Part shown: positions 1 to 11,582 of the stretch, one piece after another | Layout of the letters: each line of letters begins with the position of its first letter | Position numbering within the stretch: the stretch's first letter is position 1 | Source: a virus | Length of the DNA: 64,000 nucleotides | Virus record (IMG/VR): IMGVR_UViG_3300045412_000261 | Coordinates: 64,001-128,000 of that record | Direction: 5' to 3' (one strand) | The notes under the pieces: model-generated | What the model was told of the DNA's origin: nothing | Database searches by the model: none | Seen by the model: the letters and a program-made list of their open reading frames with translations, nothing else | Program-made: the position numbers and the translations under genes

Positions 1-729
1 TCTTGCTGGTTCTATCTGACTTCTACCATAAGGTAAAAAATTACTATCCGATAATAGTCTAAAATGAGCTACTTCATGATAATCTAATTCTTTATTTTTT
101 CTTTCTTCATTTCTATAAATTATAGGGCTCATCTGTGTAGTATGCAATCCTTCGTATATAAATTTAACTTCATAAGGATTATGAGGGTTTGTGCCTTCTG
201 TTCTCCTAACCTCGTAGGCGGAAAGAGGTATAACATTTTTAATTCCTAATCCTTCTTCTATATCCAAATACAAATAAAAATCTCCATACTTACACAAAGA
301 TCTAGTCCAGCTCCAAAGATTATACTCTATGTTTAGTATGTCATAAAATAGATTATAAAGAATTTTTTTAATATTTTCGTTTGGAGTATTTATGTTTAGT
401 AAATCTCCTTCCACGGACATTACGGTGCTTTCGTCTGCATAAATATCTAAGGCCGACGCAATAATAGGATCTGTGTCCATCGCTTCGTAATCTGTAAATA
501 TTTGAAGCTTAGAGGAATGGAAGTTTATAGTATTGTTATTCGGAGAGTATCCGTACTGTCTAGTAGTATGTAGACCTGAAAATCTATCTACATAAGCTGT
601 TTTTTCCTTTGCTCCAGCTCCTTGTAATCTAGAGGTGTCTATGACTTTTATACGATCTTTTCCTATCCTTCTAACTATGACTTGTGTAGAGAATAGTCTC
701 TTTAGTTTTGCTTGTATTGAATTGTCCAT
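1..729 (-). CDS. Portal protein (T4 gp20-like), N-terminal 243 codons; runs off the window start
   Basis: Not in the ORF track. Manual translation from ATG at 729 gives MDNSIQAKLKRLFSTQVIVRR...DYEAMDTDPIIASALDIYADEST...NLWSWTRSLCKYGDFYL...EVAHFRLLSDSNFLPYGRSQIEPAR, which are typical gp20-like portal motifs. It lies directly downstream of the terminase. Confidence 0.9.
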   Translation of the reverse strand, partial: MDNSIQAKLKRLFSTQVIVRRIGKDRIKVIDTSRLQGAGAKEKTAYVDRFSGLHTTRQYGYSPNNNTINFHSSKLQIFTDYEAMDTDPIIASALDIYADESTVMSVEGDLLNINTPNENIKKILYNLFYDILNIEYNLWSWTRSLCKYGDFYLYLDIEEGLGIKNVIPLSAYEVRRTEGTNPHNPYEVKFIYEGLHTTQMSPIIYRNEERKNKELDYHEVAHFRLLSDSNFLPYGRSQIEPAR

Positions 730-733
730 TTTT

Positions 734-2314
734 TTATTTTATAAGCCAAGTTAAACTTTCTGATTCATTACTTCTAGTTTTCATAGACCATGAATCGTGT
801 ACTTTGTTAGAATTACTTGGAGTGTATATAGTTTTTGTTGTGTTATTTAGTAAAGTCCGAGAAAAACTTAAACCTAAAGTTTTCATTTTCAAAGAAGTAT
901 CTCGAACCCAAAGACCGATAGCAAAAGACATAACTAAATCATCATTGTATCCATCTCTAGCTTCTGCTTTGTGGTCTTTCCAAACAAATGTAAATAATTC
1001 CTGTATTAATCTCTTACTATATACTATCGGCGATTTTTCTCTAAAATATGTCTCTAATTTAGAAATCATTACAGGCCTTGTTTTAGTAGATGTCGTAAAT
1101 CCGGGAACCATGTTATCTTTAAGTAAATAGTCTTGATTTATATTAACATGCACATCTGGGTCTACAAAAGGATCATTGCGAAAAGTATAGTATAAATTTT
1201 GGTATCCTAAGTCCAAAATAGTTTGTAACACTGCCCATCCAACATAAGCATTTTCAATAGCAAGTAAAGCACCGTTATATTCAGAGGCTATACTCATCAA
1301 CAAATGCCCAAATTCGGTGGTGCCAATCATACTCTTAAATTCTGCAACTTGTTCTAAAGTCTCTATATTTAAAACATGAAATGCAGAAAAATCAGAAGAA
1401 TCTCCCCTAGATACATCCGCACATACAACATAAGTACAATCACTCTCAGGGTACTTCCATATCCACAAATCTCCTGCTTCTCCTCTTTTTTCAATAGGAT
1501 CTTTTACACAATTATTTTCATACCAGACTAATATACTACCGTCAACTACGGTATGTCCGGATGTTAAAAAGTCTCCATCACATTCTTGAGCTGCCGCTTT
1601 TTCTCCTAATAAAATGTCTTGTTCTTTTCTCCATTTCCAATCTCTCTCCGGATGAACAGTCCACGGTAAAAATATAGAAGTAAAATCTCCCCCATTTAAT
1701 GATTCTTGCCAAATTCTATGAAATAAATTACCAACTCCATTTGGTGTAGACAGCAAAATACAACTACCTCCTGTAGCTAATGTAGATTGTGCAGCTGTCC
1801 ATATTTCTTCTGAATTAGTAATGTGTGCTGCTTCATCTATAACTAATAAAGACAATGCCTCCGATCTCGCTGAATCTGGGCTAGATGATACTGCTTTTAC
1901 ACTAGACCCATTATTTTTAAATCTGAGCATCATTTTATTATCTTCTAAGGTTTCTTGTTTTAACCATGATGGTAAAAAATCATGCATCAATCTAATTTTA
2001 AGAACTAAATTTTTTGCTATATCTTGTTTAGTTGCAATAATAAGAACTTTATATCCATTATTAAATATCATATTATGCAAAATGAATGCAGCTGATAATG
2101 TAGAAATTCCTAACTGCCTACCCTTATTTATAATAATGTACCTTTCTTTGTACATCTTTTCTAATGTAGTCTCTTGAAATGGATAAAGACCAAATAAAAT
2201 TCTACCTTTCTTTGGATGTTCTATCTTACAATATTTTTTAGTAAAATATATTGGATCTTTTGCACATTTTTTATATTCTTGAGCTATCGCTAATTTTACT
2301 TTATTCGTTGACAT
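734..2314 (-). CDS. terL: Terminase large subunit (T4 gp17-like)
   Basis: Walker A-like KGRQLGIST, Walker B LLVIDEAA, motif III STPNG, RNase H-like nuclease motifs CADVSRG and NDDLV; adjacent to the portal. Confidence 0.95.
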   Translation of the reverse strand: MSTNKVKLAIAQEYKKCAKDPIYFTKKYCKIEHPKKGRILFGLYPFQETTLEKMYKERYIIINKGRQLGISTLSAAFILHNMIFNNGYKVLIIATKQDIAKNLVLKIRLMHDFLPSWLKQETLEDNKMMLRFKNNGSSVKAVSSSPDSARSEALSLLVIDEAAHITNSEEIWTAAQSTLATGGSCILLSTPNGVGNLFHRIWQESLNGGDFTSIFLPWTVHPERDWKWRKEQDILLGEKAAAQECDGDFLTSGHTVVDGSILVWYENNCVKDPIEKRGEAGDLWIWKYPESDCTYVVCADVSRGDSSDFSAFHVLNIETLEQVAEFKSMIGTTEFGHLLMSIASEYNGALLAIENAYVGWAVLQTILDLGYQNLYYTFRNDPFVDPDVHVNINQDYLLKDNMVPGFTTSTKTRPVMISKLETYFREKSPIVYSKRLIQELFTFVWKDHKAEARDGYNDDLVMSFAIGLWVRDTSLKMKTLGLSFSRTLLNNTTKTIYTPSNSNKVHDSWSMKTRSNESESLTWLIK

Positions 2315-2933
2315 CTATATTTAAATCTTTTTCATTTATATTATATGTTTCCATAATTTCATTTTTTAAATCATTAAAATCTGATTTAATCTTTTCTAAA
2401 AATGATTCTTTATTTTCGATTGACCATTTTTCAATAGATCCATCCGCATTAGAATATCCCATGTTATCAAATGATCTTAATAAAACTTCTACTTCTTTGG
2501 CTGCTTCTTTTAAAAATGAAATGGCATTCTCTTTCTTTTTATCATGAACGTAAGAATCAAATTTTCCATTTAATTTCAATTCTGCTTCGTATTTTATTGT
2601 ACATTCCAAACATCTTCCTGTTTTTTTTCCTAATTTTATATCTGCTTGACCAAATACTTTACCTTCACATGTATCTAAGCAATTTGGAAATTTCTGTATT
2701 TCATCTAATTTTTTTAAGATTTCTCTAACTCCTTTTGCTCTTTTTACTTTATATCCATCTCTTTGTTCCCATTCTGTAACATCCCCCATTGGTGATACTT
2801 CTTCCCAAATATCTCCAACTTTTCTTATTTGTGAATCTTCTACTTTTCTATATCCAATCGTCGTTCTTTTTTGAGATTTATGTTCCCCAACTAGAAGTTT
2901 TTTTACAGCTTCTATATTTTTTAATTTACTCAT
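2301..2933 (-). CDS. Hypothetical phage protein with Cys pairs (CLDTC, CLEC)
   Basis: 210-aa ORF overlapping both neighbours in the operon; possible Zn site; no function recognised. Confidence 0.75.
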   Translation of the reverse strand: MSKLKNIEAVKKLLVGEHKSQKRTTIGYRKVEDSQIRKVGDIWEEVSPMGDVTEWEQRDGYKVKRAKGVREILKKLDEIQKFPNCLDTCEGKVFGQADIKLGKKTGRCLECTIKYEAELKLNGKFDSYVHDKKKENAISFLKEAAKEVEVLLRSFDNMGYSNADGSIEKWSIENKESFLEKIKSDFNDLKNEIMETYNINEKDLNIDVNE

Positions 2934-5900
2934 GATTTTCTCCTTTTTCTAGTTTTGTAACTCTTTTATTTAAATCTTTTACCAAATCATATAGCTCTTG
3001 AATAGCTTTTAAATTATACACCGATAGTTTATCATAGTTAACAGCTAGTACTCCTTTTTGTCCCTCTATCTTAAACTCTTTTAATAATCCTGTTTTAAGG
3101 CCATCGGTTATATCTTGAGCTATAATACCTACTTCTTTATCGTTTACATTAGAAGGAACTCTATGAGATGTTGAATTTTTGTTAACTTCTAATATGACTC
3201 CTTTTAATTCATCCGTGTTCCAATTATAATTAACAGGTTTTATGCTATATAGTTGTTCTAGCACAGGATCTATTTCTTCTATATCCTTTTTTAGCCTTCT
3301 ATCCGAGAATGCTGCAAATGGTCCGCCTATGCCTCTCTCTCCTTTTTGTCCCTTTTGTCCTGTAGGACCGGTAGGACCGGTAGGACCCGTTGGACCGGCA
3401 GGACCCGGAGGGCCGGCAGGACCCGTAGGTCCCGGGGAGCCCGGTAGACCCGTGGGGCCGGTGTTTCCTGTTGGTCCGGTAAGTCCGGTAGGACCTGTTG
3501 GTCCGGTAGGGCCTAAATCTCCTTTAGATCCCTTAGCCCCAACTCCGGCTAATCCTGGGAATCCTATTTCACCCTTTTGTCCCTTAGGTCCGGGGCTTCC
3601 CGTATTTCCTTTAGGGCCTGGAATATTGCTAGGATTTCCGGCTGATCCCTTTGGTCCCGGCCCTCCAGGAGGACCTATTTCACCCTTTTGTCCCTTAGGT
3701 CCGGGGCTTCCCGTATTTCCTTTAGGGCCTGGAATATTGCTAGGATTTCCGGCTGATCCCTTTGGTCCCGGCCCTCCAGAAGGACCTATTTCACCCTTTT
3801 GTCCTTTAGACCCTGTATTTCCTGTGTTTCCTTTAGGGCCTGTTAGGCCAATATCTCCCTTACTTCCTTTATATCCTTTATACCCAATTTCACCTTTGCT
3901 TCCCTTGCTACCTGTAGGACCGGGAATAAAACTAGGATTTCCTTGAGGTCCTATGTCGCCTTTGTCACCCTTACTTCCGGAAAATCCGATTGAACCTATG
4001 TCTCCTTTATTGCCCTTGTCTCCTTTATATCCTTTATATCCAATTTCTCCTTTACTTCCTTTGAAATCACCTTTACTTCCTTTATCACCCTTACTTCCTT
4101 TATCACCTTTACTTCCGGATGGTCCTGGAGGACCTATTTTAGAACTTGGTATAGGAGATGGACTAGGTGACGGTGCAAAAACCCCTATACTCTCCGGAGA
4201 TGACATATTATGTACTAATATGTCTTCAACAAAAAAGTTTTGATTTTTCTCTACACTTAAATTGTATACAGTGCTTGATGTTGCGTATGAAAAAATAGTG
4301 GATATCTTTTCATAAGACAATGTTTTATAATTAAATAGTTCATCATTTATCGATAAATCCTTAGCTTTTTTCCAATATTTGTCATACCATCCTTTAACAT
4401 AAAAGGGATGCTCTTCGGTGCATTGTATGTCATTATTTATTACGTATAAATAATTTGCTTTTCCTACATGTTTGTATATTATTGTATCTTCTTGTAAGAT
4501 TTTGTTATCTATATCATAAGACATGATTGATTGTCCTATTGTAACTTCCTCTATTGTTATATAGCTATTATTTGCTGTTAATATCTTAGTAGATGGTATA
4601 AAGCAAGTAGGGCCTATAGATCCTGAAAATCCTTTGTCTCCTTTATCACCTTTACTTCCAGAAGGGCCAATAGAACCCGAAGGGCCGATAGGACCTGGAA
4701 TAAAACTAGGATTTCCTTGCGGTCCTAATTCTCCCTTTTGTCCCTTAGATCCAATATTTCCCTTAGATCCAATATTTCCCTTAGGTCCAATATTTCCCTT
4801 AGGTCCAGTATTACCTGTATTTCCCTTAGGACCGGGGATAAAACTAGGATTTCCTTGCGGTCCTGTATTGCCTTTATCACCTTTACTTCCAGAAGGGCCA
4901 ATAGAACCCGAAGGGCCGATAGGACCTGGAATAAAACTAGGATTTCCTTGCGGTCCTAATTCTCCCTTTTGTCCCTTAGATCCAATATTTCCCTTAGATC
5001 CAATATTTCCCTTAGGTCCAATATTTCCCTTAGGTCCAGTATTACCTGTATTTCCCTTAGGACCGGGGATAAAACTAGGATTTCCTTGCGGTCCTGTATT
5101 GCCTTTATCACCTTTACTTCCAGAAGGACCGGTAAATCCTAAGTTTCCTTTTTGTCCCTTAAGTCCTATAGATCCTTTATCTCCCTTACTTCCCGACGCT
5201 CCTATGGGACCTTTTTCCCCTCCACCGGCGATAGATACAAAACCTTTAAAACATTCTCCAAAAGTTATTTGAATTGTATTTTCATCTATTGCCGTGTAAT
5301 TTTCAGGTATAACTGAATTCCCGTCATATGAATATATAGTAAAAACAGGATATTCGATTCCTGTTCCGTGATTAACTGTAATAACATTACAACTATTCAG
5401 AGAACCTGTAAATACAGTGTTTCCAATTTCTCCTTTAGATCCGCTATTACCCTTTAACCCTGGATTTCCTTTAGGGCCTATATCTCCCTTATCTCCTTTT
5501 GTTGAAGAACTTGCTATTAATGCTTGAAATGCAGGACTACTGTTAAATGTATTTATTAAAAGTTGTTCATCAATAGTAACGTCAATATTAACTTTTACTC
5601 CATAAACTGTCGTGGAAAAATTAGCAGAGACTCCAATAACATTTAAATACTCTATTTCAAAAATATACTCAGTGTCTATTTTAGCTATTGGTAAATTATC
5701 TAAGGGAATATCTAAACAAAATTCATTAGGAGTTCCTCCATCAGATGCACTTGGGAAGATATCAATATCAGAGACATTCCATTGTCCTGCATTAATAATA
5801 AAGTTAGGTTTTATATTATCTTCTGAAGTAGCTTTAAATGTAAAAGTCTTTTTAATTTCAGACTTGTTATTACCTCCTATTATAGATCCTAAAAAAGTTC

Positions 5901-7536
5901 CAAATGAATTCCTTTCAGCTGTACTAGAAAGAGATGATGCATTTACTTGATTTACAGATAATGGAGATTTTTCTATATCAGGTCCTTGAATATAAATGTC
6001 AAGCTGCGGTGTCTTTCCATTAGCATCTTTTTCAGAAAATGCGGATATTTGTACGGTATATTCAGTATTAGGAACAGATTTAGATAAAAAAGAATCCTTT
6101 ATCGTTATATTTACTACCTCATTTTCTTGTTTATTGTGCTGTACGCCTAAGGCATTTACTAAATTTCCACTATTTGCGGAAGTAGTTATTCCTCCTGTTC
6201 CTATGTTCTCATATGAGGAATTCTGTTTTCTAAACTTATTTATATCAAAATAACTAGATATATCAGAATTATCTTTTATATCCCCCAATTTCTTATTTTC
6301 TATTCCTCCATTAGCAGAGAATGTATAAGAAGATGGATCAGTTAATTTACTAGTTTTTGGGATTTTAAATTCTCCTAAACTAACAGGACTTCCTACACCT
6401 CCTGCTGCTTTAGCCGAAACTTTTACTCTATCAACATCTCCCGAAATGGGTTTTGCATTTTTTACACATATTTTAGCATATCCTGTTTTCTTTTGTCCAT
6501 CGCTTGTATCCGGACTCTTGAAATAGTCTATACATATATTTGATGCTTCAAATTTAGTTATGTAAATTTCTGCGGATTCTTTTTTCTTATTTACGTATGA
6601 TTGCCTATAAAAAAATTGCTTATCTACTTTTATTTGAGTACTACTAATCACTTCTACAATAGTCGCAGTATAAGAAGGGACTGTAGGAGAATATCCAGAA
6701 GGTAAATCTCCGGGTAAATATTTAGAAATGTCAGGGGTTAAGGAAATGGTTCCTTTTTCCATTTCTTTCTTAAAGGGAGCTCCTGTATTGGCTACTATGG
6801 TGCTAAGATTATTAGCATCTGTTGTTATAGAAACGTTTCCAGAGTTAGCTAAACTTCCGGATGTATTTACCGTAGGGGTAGATTCTATAGGCACTCCCTC
6901 AAATAATTCCGGTATATTAGAGGAATAATTGGATGAATATTGAGATGGTGGAGCAGATGAAACAAAAGATAAACTAACAGCGTGGCAGCTTCCTGTAGCC
7001 CTACTTCCGGAAAAATTTTGAAAAGCTCTTGTTTCAGGAGTCAAATCAACTTTAGGAGGTATTGTATATTTAATATCCCCTATTGTTTTTTTCTTTGTAT
7101 TTACGAGTAAGCTACCAACCCATATGATATTAGGAGAAGATAAATTTGTTAATTTTTTACTTCTTAATACGTCATAATTGGCTGTACCTGCTATGTAAAT
7201 TTCACATTTTCCTATGGGTACGTTATCTCCTATATTAACAGTTACAATAGCAGAACCATTGGCATTTGCGGCATTCTTTATTTCGTGAGGGATTAAATTA
7301 CCTTCTGAATCATAAACTTCAACAAAAACTTGAGTTCCTTTTACTAAATTTTGCGTGGGGTTAATTCCAATCTCATTAGCTCCTTTTAAAAATTCACTAG
7401 GTAATGATAATCCAAAATAATTAGAACTTAAAGCATCACCATCAAACAAAGTAAACTCATTTATATAGCTCTTTATTCCAGAACTAGTCAATCTTTTATT
7501 TTCTTCAGATGATGGTGATGTTAATCCAAAAGCCAT
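2926..7536 (-). CDS. Collagen-like tail/virion fibre with an internal Hint (intein-like) domain and a C-terminal peptidase S74 intramolecular chaperone
   Basis: About 680-aa globular N-terminus, long Gly-X-Y runs, Hint motifs (CF..., TEEHPF, VYNLSV, LVHN), and C-terminal [13 protein letters not shown]...KPVNYNWN...GIIAQD...VNYDKL...AIQEL coiled coil typical of S74/ICA domains. Confidence 0.88.
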   Translation of the reverse strand: MAFGLTSPSSEENKRLTSSGIKSYINEFTLFDGDALSSNYFGLSLPSEFLKGANEIGINPTQNLVKGTQVFVEVYDSEGNLIPHEIKNAANANGSAIVTVNIGDNVPIGKCEIYIAGTANYDVLRSKKLTNLSSPNIIWVGSLLVNTKKKTIGDIKYTIPPKVDLTPETRAFQNFSGSRATGSCHAVSLSFVSSAPPSQYSSNYSSNIPELFEGVPIESTPTVNTSGSLANSGNVSITTDANNLSTIVANTGAPFKKEMEKGTISLTPDISKYLPGDLPSGYSPTVPSYTATIVEVISSTQIKVDKQFFYRQSYVNKKKESAEIYITKFEASNICIDYFKSPDTSDGQKKTGYAKICVKNAKPISGDVDRVKVSAKAAGGVGSPVSLGEFKIPKTSKLTDPSSYTFSANGGIENKKLGDIKDNSDISSYFDINKFRKQNSSYENIGTGGITTSANSGNLVNALGVQHNKQENEVVNITIKDSFLSKSVPNTEYTVQISAFSEKDANGKTPQLDIYIQGPDIEKSPLSVNQVNASSLSSTAERNSFGTFLGSIIGGNNKSEIKKTFTFKATSEDNIKPNFIINAGQWNVSDIDIFPSASDGGTPNEFCLDIPLDNLPIAKIDTEYIFEIEYLNVIGVSANFSTTVYGVKVNIDVTIDEQLLINTFNSSPAFQALIASSSTKGDKGDIGPKGNPGLKGNSGSKGEIGNTVFTGSLNSCNVITVNHGTGIEYPVFTIYSYDGNSVIPENYTAIDENTIQITFGECFKGFVSIAGGGEKGPIGASGSKGDKGSIGLKGQKGNLGFTGPSGSKGDKGNTGPQGNPSFIPGPKGNTGNTGPKGNIGPKGNIGSKGNIGSKGQKGELGPQGNPSFIPGPIGPSGSIGPSGSKGDKGNTGPQGNPSFIPGPKGNTGNTGPKGNIGPKGNIGSKGNIGSKGQKGELGPQGNPSFIPGPIGPSGSIGPSGSKGDKGDKGFSGSIGPTCFIPSTKILTANNSYITIEEVTIGQSIMSYDIDNKILQEDTIIYKHVGKANYLYVINNDIQCTEEHPFYVKGWYDKYWKKAKDLSINDELFNYKTLSYEKISTIFSYATSSTVYNLSVEKNQNFFVEDILVHNMSSPESIGVFAPSPSPSPIPSSKIGPPGPSGSKGDKGSKGDKGSKGDFKGSKGEIGYKGYKGDKGNKGDIGSIGFSGSKGDKGDIGPQGNPSFIPGPTGSKGSKGEIGYKGYKGSKGDIGLTGPKGNTGNTGSKGQKGEIGPSGGPGPKGSAGNPSNIPGPKGNTGSPGPKGQKGEIGPPGGPGPKGSAGNPSNIPGPKGNTGSPGPKGQKGEIGFPGLAGVGAKGSKGDLGPTGPTGPTGLTGPTGNTGPTGLPGSPGPTGPAGPPGPAGPTGPTGPTGPTGQKGQKGERGIGGPFAAFSDRRLKKDIEEIDPVLEQLYSIKPVNYNWNTDELKGVILEVNKNSTSHRVPSNVNDKEVGIIAQDITDGLKTGLLKEFKIEGQKGVLAVNYDKLSVYNLKAIQELYDLVKDLNKRVTKLEKGENHE
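3563..3804. repeat. 111-bp (37-aa) tandem duplication in the distal collagen segment
   Basis: cctatttcacccttttgtcc recurs at 3563, 3674 and 3785. Confidence 0.9.
4207..4605 (-). other. Hint domain (133 aa, mini-intein/BIL-like, no homing endonuclease) inside the collagen region
   Basis: Starts at Cys1 (codon 4603-4605; [11 protein letters not shown]), block B CTEEHPF, block [15 protein letters not shown], ends LVHN (Asn codon 4207-4209); the +1 residue is Met. Confidence 0.9.
4640..5127. repeat. 231-bp (77-aa) tandem duplication in the proximal collagen segment
   Basis: cctttatcacctttacttccagaagg recurs at 4640, 4871 and 5102, and the intervening sequence appears identical. Confidence 0.9.
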
Positions 7537-7539
7537 TTA

Positions 7540-10500
7540 TTATGATATTAATTGAGAATGTCCGTTTTCCTTTACAATAAATAGTTCTTTTGATACATAA
7601 TCTTTAACTACATCTAAATGTGATATGCATAATATAAATCTAAAATATGATGTGAGCTCTTCTAAGAATAATCCTACATTAGCTATATTGTCAGAATCTA
7701 ATACACCAAATCCTTCATCTATAAAAAAGAAATCAGGTTTTGGAAGTACAGTAACATGATTTAATGCTGCTCTAATGGCTAAAGATGATATAAATTTCTC
7801 CATGCCAGAAGCTAATGAAAGAGGCCATTTAGGTCCATTTATGTAGCATATATAAACTTCTAATGTTTTATCAGATAACTCAAATTGAACATTGAATGCT
7901 GCTACATTTTTTAAAGCATCATTTACTACATTTTCTAAAACAGGTAAATAGTTTTTAATAATGAAAAGAGGAATTCCATCTCTTCTAGTCGCTTTCTCAA
8001 AAACAAAGTAATTATTATAAGTCAAAGTGTCATCTTTGAACTTTTTCATTTTTAATTTTATGTCTTTAATTTTTGATTCGTTGCTAGTTACTGTAGATTT
8101 ATGTCCACCTATAGTATAAGCTAATTGATATATAGCGTCATCTATTGATTTTTTTTCATCTAGTAACTTAGTTATTTCACTTTCTATTTCAGAGTTCTTT
8201 TGCTTTATATCTTTATATGACTCCTGTTCTTTTAATTTCTCGGAATAATCTAAAATTAAGTTTTTTGAGATTTGTATTTTCTCTTTTATAATATTTGCTT
8301 GATTTTCTATATTGTCCAAATTAGATTTTAGTTTATCTGCTTCGACTTTCTTGTCCTTGTATTTTTTATATAAGGAATCCGATATTTCTAAGTGCTCTAT
8401 ATGTTCTGCTACTTCTTTTTTATTTTGTTTTAGTTTATCTAGTTTTTCAGACAATCCAGGTAATTCTTTTTTAGCCTTTTCCCCATCTAATGCATACTTG
8501 TTGTTTTTTACACAATATACACAGTTAGGATCGTGCTCATAATCTTGTAGATGTTCAATTAATTTATTACTAGATTTTATTTCAGATTCCGTTACAGCTA
8601 TGTCTCTGTCAAGATCAGATAGTTTTTTTCTCACTTCAACTAGATTAGAAGATACATCAACTCTTTCTCCTATATCTTCTAACTCAGATAAATGAGATTT
8701 AAGGGCATTTCTAGCTTCTATAAAAGACTTTCTCTTATCGTCTAAGGATGAACTAAGCATATCTTCATTTCGCCTCTCTGCGTCTATTTTTGTGGCATAA
8801 TCTATATTTTCTTTAGGGTGATGAATTAATTCTTTTCTTTTGTCCTCAATTTTTACATATAGTGCATTAGAATTCTTTTTATTTAGTTCTAAGCTATCTT
8901 CTACTTGAGATAATTTAGTTCTAATTTCTGCTATATTATTTTCACACTCCGTTAAAGATTCATTATACTTTTGCTTTTGGTGGTTCTCAATTTCATATTT
9001 CAATTGCTTCAGATGTTCCTTAGATGTATCATTTAGCTTTTCAAATATATCTATATCAAAATACTTGTATAATAAGTCTTTTTTATCTTTTTGAGTCTTA
9101 TCAATAAAATCAGATTTATTATGTTGATCATACATCGTTATAAGCATAAAATTCTCATAACTTCCTAAATACTTTCTAATAATATCATTCGTCTCATATC
9201 TTTGCTCTCCATTTAAAGAAGTTCCGTCTTCTTTATAAAAATTAACAAGTACTTTTACCTTTCCGTCTTTTCCTTTTTTACCATGTCTTTCTATAAAGTA
9301 AGATTCTCCGGAAACAGATAATTCTAATCTACAATAAAACTCGGTAGATGATGTATTCAGTACCTCCGATCCTAGGCTTGTCTTACTACATTTATCAAAA
9401 ATACAATAAGTCATAGCATCTAGTAATGTGGATTTACCAGAGGCATTTGGTGAAAATAATCCGACAAGTCCACCTAATTCTCCTAGATTGAATACATTAC
9501 CTTCTCCGTATGAAAACATGTTAGAAAATTCAAATCGTATAGGTTTCCAAGTCACGCCTATAAATTCAGAAGGTTCGTCTAATTCTAAAGATGCTGTTTT
9601 ATGTATATCTAAAAACTTATCTGCTTGATATTCCTGTTTTAATTCATTTTGCACATAGTTTTCTAGCATCGAATGTCTCCAATCAAAATCTCTTATAATG
9701 TTTTCTTTTTCTAATGATACTTCCCCTTTGCCTGTATCAACTATGAATTTCGTTATTTTAGGCTTCTTTATTCGGATAACATTATATTTTTTCTCTAATC
9801 CTAAACAAAATGAATCTATAAATTCTTGAGTACAATTTTCGGCAGTGATTGCTACATTAAGATTATAAGGTAAATCTCCAGGTATTTTTTCTACTAATTT
9901 ATCATTCTTTAATTTAAATGTATAATAACAATGAGAAGATGGAATTTTAATAAACTCACTTTTTTTCTTATTTAAATCCCATTCTATAATTCCATGTGTT
10001 AAATCTTCTCCGAAGTTCTGTTGTATCAAACTAGATGGATAAGCTGCTGTTCTTTCTAAATTGAGATATTGATGTTTATGAATGTCCCCTAATAAAATAT
10101 AATCATAATCTGCATGTTCTAATACATCTAAATAATTTCCTTCTAATAGATATCCGTATGCTGTTGCCGAATTTTTTACCGGTCCATGATACAATAATAT
10201 TTTTGTGTCTGCATCAAAAGATTTTGCGGGGATTACATTTTCAATTTTATCTTTAACATGTAATAAACTAAATGCTATTTGTTCATATTTATATACATTT
10301 GTTTCATTCAAGAAATGTATTGTAGGTAAATCTAAACTTTTTATAATGGGAGTTAATGCATCTAATCTTGTTCTATTATTTAGATTTAAGTCATGGTTTC
10401 CTAATATTACTATTGTAGGAAGCATGTTTGCTAATGTAGATAATAATGTAGATACCACTGAGAATAATTCTGGAGACATGTTTGTTTTTGAATGTACGAT

Positions 10501-10671
10501 ATCCCCGCCCAAAAATATAATAGAATTGGGAGTCATTCTTTTCTCAATGATTTTATACAATTTCTCAAACACTTCTATGTATTCTTCATGTCTTTGATAA
10601 TTATAAACATGAATATCTGAAATGTGAAAAATTTTATCGACTTTTCTTCCCGTGTCCTTTAATAGAATCAT
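7540..10671 (-). CDS. Fused SbcD/Mre11 nuclease - SbcC/Rad50 ATPase (gp47+gp46-like)
   Basis: N-terminal metallophosphoesterase motifs (SDIH, GGDIVH, GNHD, LGDIH), then Walker A SPNASGKST, coiled coil with Zn-hook CVYC, signature LASGME, Walker B FFFIDEGFG and H-loop ISH, all in one ORF. Confidence 0.92.
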   Translation of the reverse strand: MILLKDTGRKVDKIFHISDIHVYNYQRHEEYIEVFEKLYKIIEKRMTPNSIIFLGGDIVHSKTNMSPELFSVVSTLLSTLANMLPTIVILGNHDLNLNNRTRLDALTPIIKSLDLPTIHFLNETNVYKYEQIAFSLLHVKDKIENVIPAKSFDADTKILLYHGPVKNSATAYGYLLEGNYLDVLEHADYDYILLGDIHKHQYLNLERTAAYPSSLIQQNFGEDLTHGIIEWDLNKKKSEFIKIPSSHCYYTFKLKNDKLVEKIPGDLPYNLNVAITAENCTQEFIDSFCLGLEKKYNVIRIKKPKITKFIVDTGKGEVSLEKENIIRDFDWRHSMLENYVQNELKQEYQADKFLDIHKTASLELDEPSEFIGVTWKPIRFEFSNMFSYGEGNVFNLGELGGLVGLFSPNASGKSTLLDAMTYCIFDKCSKTSLGSEVLNTSSTEFYCRLELSVSGESYFIERHGKKGKDGKVKVLVNFYKEDGTSLNGEQRYETNDIIRKYLGSYENFMLITMYDQHNKSDFIDKTQKDKKDLLYKYFDIDIFEKLNDTSKEHLKQLKYEIENHQKQKYNESLTECENNIAEIRTKLSQVEDSLELNKKNSNALYVKIEDKRKELIHHPKENIDYATKIDAERRNEDMLSSSLDDKRKSFIEARNALKSHLSELEDIGERVDVSSNLVEVRKKLSDLDRDIAVTESEIKSSNKLIEHLQDYEHDPNCVYCVKNNKYALDGEKAKKELPGLSEKLDKLKQNKKEVAEHIEHLEISDSLYKKYKDKKVEADKLKSNLDNIENQANIIKEKIQISKNLILDYSEKLKEQESYKDIKQKNSEIESEITKLLDEKKSIDDAIYQLAYTIGGHKSTVTSNESKIKDIKLKMKKFKDDTLTYNNYFVFEKATRRDGIPLFIIKNYLPVLENVVNDALKNVAAFNVQFELSDKTLEVYICYINGPKWPLSLASGMEKFISSLAIRAALNHVTVLPKPDFFFIDEGFGVLDSDNIANVGLFLEELTSYFRFILCISHLDVVKDYVSKELFIVKENGHSQLIS

Positions 10672-11576
10672 AGTAAATTTGTTATTGCTGAGTATTCATT
10701 AATTTCAACTGATCCGTTTATAGCGTCCCATGTTCCTACATATCCTAAATCGCTAGGGTCTTTTGTACCTAAGTCAACTAATTTAGTAGGTATTCCAATA
10801 GCTCCTAGTTCTATACAATATTTTATAGCTTGTTTCTTCTTATCCGGGTCAATAGCAATATAAACTAATGGAGTTTCTTCCATCAGTAATCTATATTTTA
10901 GTTTTTCTGATATTATACTTCCGGTCAAGTAAGTAACATTCCTTTTAACTGAAATGCTATCAAAAAAACCTTCGACAATAACAATAGGATATTTGAAATC
11001 TAAAAAGAATTCATTCACTATAATATCATTTATTTTAACAGAAGCTCCTAAATATTTGTACGGAGAAAGACCCGTAAAGTCTCTCCCCTCAAAAAAATTT
11101 AAATTTCCGTTTTTATCGTATGAAGGTAGTATAATTCTTCCTGCATATTTACCTGATAAGCAATAACCTACTTTATGTCTTATTATATCATGAGCAGTAA
11201 AAAACGGCTTATACTTTTTCAAAAAATCTAAAACAGTTTTGTTAGGTACTTTGTGCAATGACAAATATTCATCAGGCAATTTCAATAAATTAGTCGGAGT
11301 GTCTATTAGGCTATCATTTTTCATTTGATAGTATTCTAAGACATTCTTAAGTTGTTCAATCTGATTTTTTGCTGCTCCGCATTTATAGAAGAGGTTCACA
11401 ATGCTTCTTCCTTTAGTTTCGCAAATCCAACAATGATACTTTTGATTAGTTAAATTTACACTTAACTTCTTTTTATGATGGTTGCAAAAAGGACAATGGA
11501 ACACAATGTCTGATTTACCTGCTGATTCCGAAGAACCTAACACTTCTTCTAAAACTGATAATAATCTAAAACGCAT
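10668..11576 (-). CDS. DNA primase (Zn finger + TOPRIM)
   Basis: CPFC...CWIC Zn finger, GRIILP, TOPRIM IVEGFFD and DPD, KDPSD. Confidence 0.88.
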   Translation of the reverse strand: MRFRLLSVLEEVLGSSESAGKSDIVFHCPFCNHHKKKLSVNLTNQKYHCWICETKGRSIVNLFYKCGAAKNQIEQLKNVLEYYQMKNDSLIDTPTNLLKLPDEYLSLHKVPNKTVLDFLKKYKPFFTAHDIIRHKVGYCLSGKYAGRIILPSYDKNGNLNFFEGRDFTGLSPYKYLGASVKINDIIVNEFFLDFKYPIVIVEGFFDSISVKRNVTYLTGSIISEKLKYRLLMEETPLVYIAIDPDKKKQAIKYCIELGAIGIPTKLVDLGTKDPSDLGYVGTWDAINGSVEINEYSAITNLL

Positions 11577-11582
11577 ATATAA

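Noticed and set aside
3242-5272. Long plus-strand Pro/Leu-rich ORFs (3242, 3953, 4634, 4738) and similar ones at 24225, 37865, 45105-47396 and 53058
   Set aside because: Antisense shadows of collagen, Gly-rich or repeat genes; the lack of stops follows from the sense-strand codon pattern.
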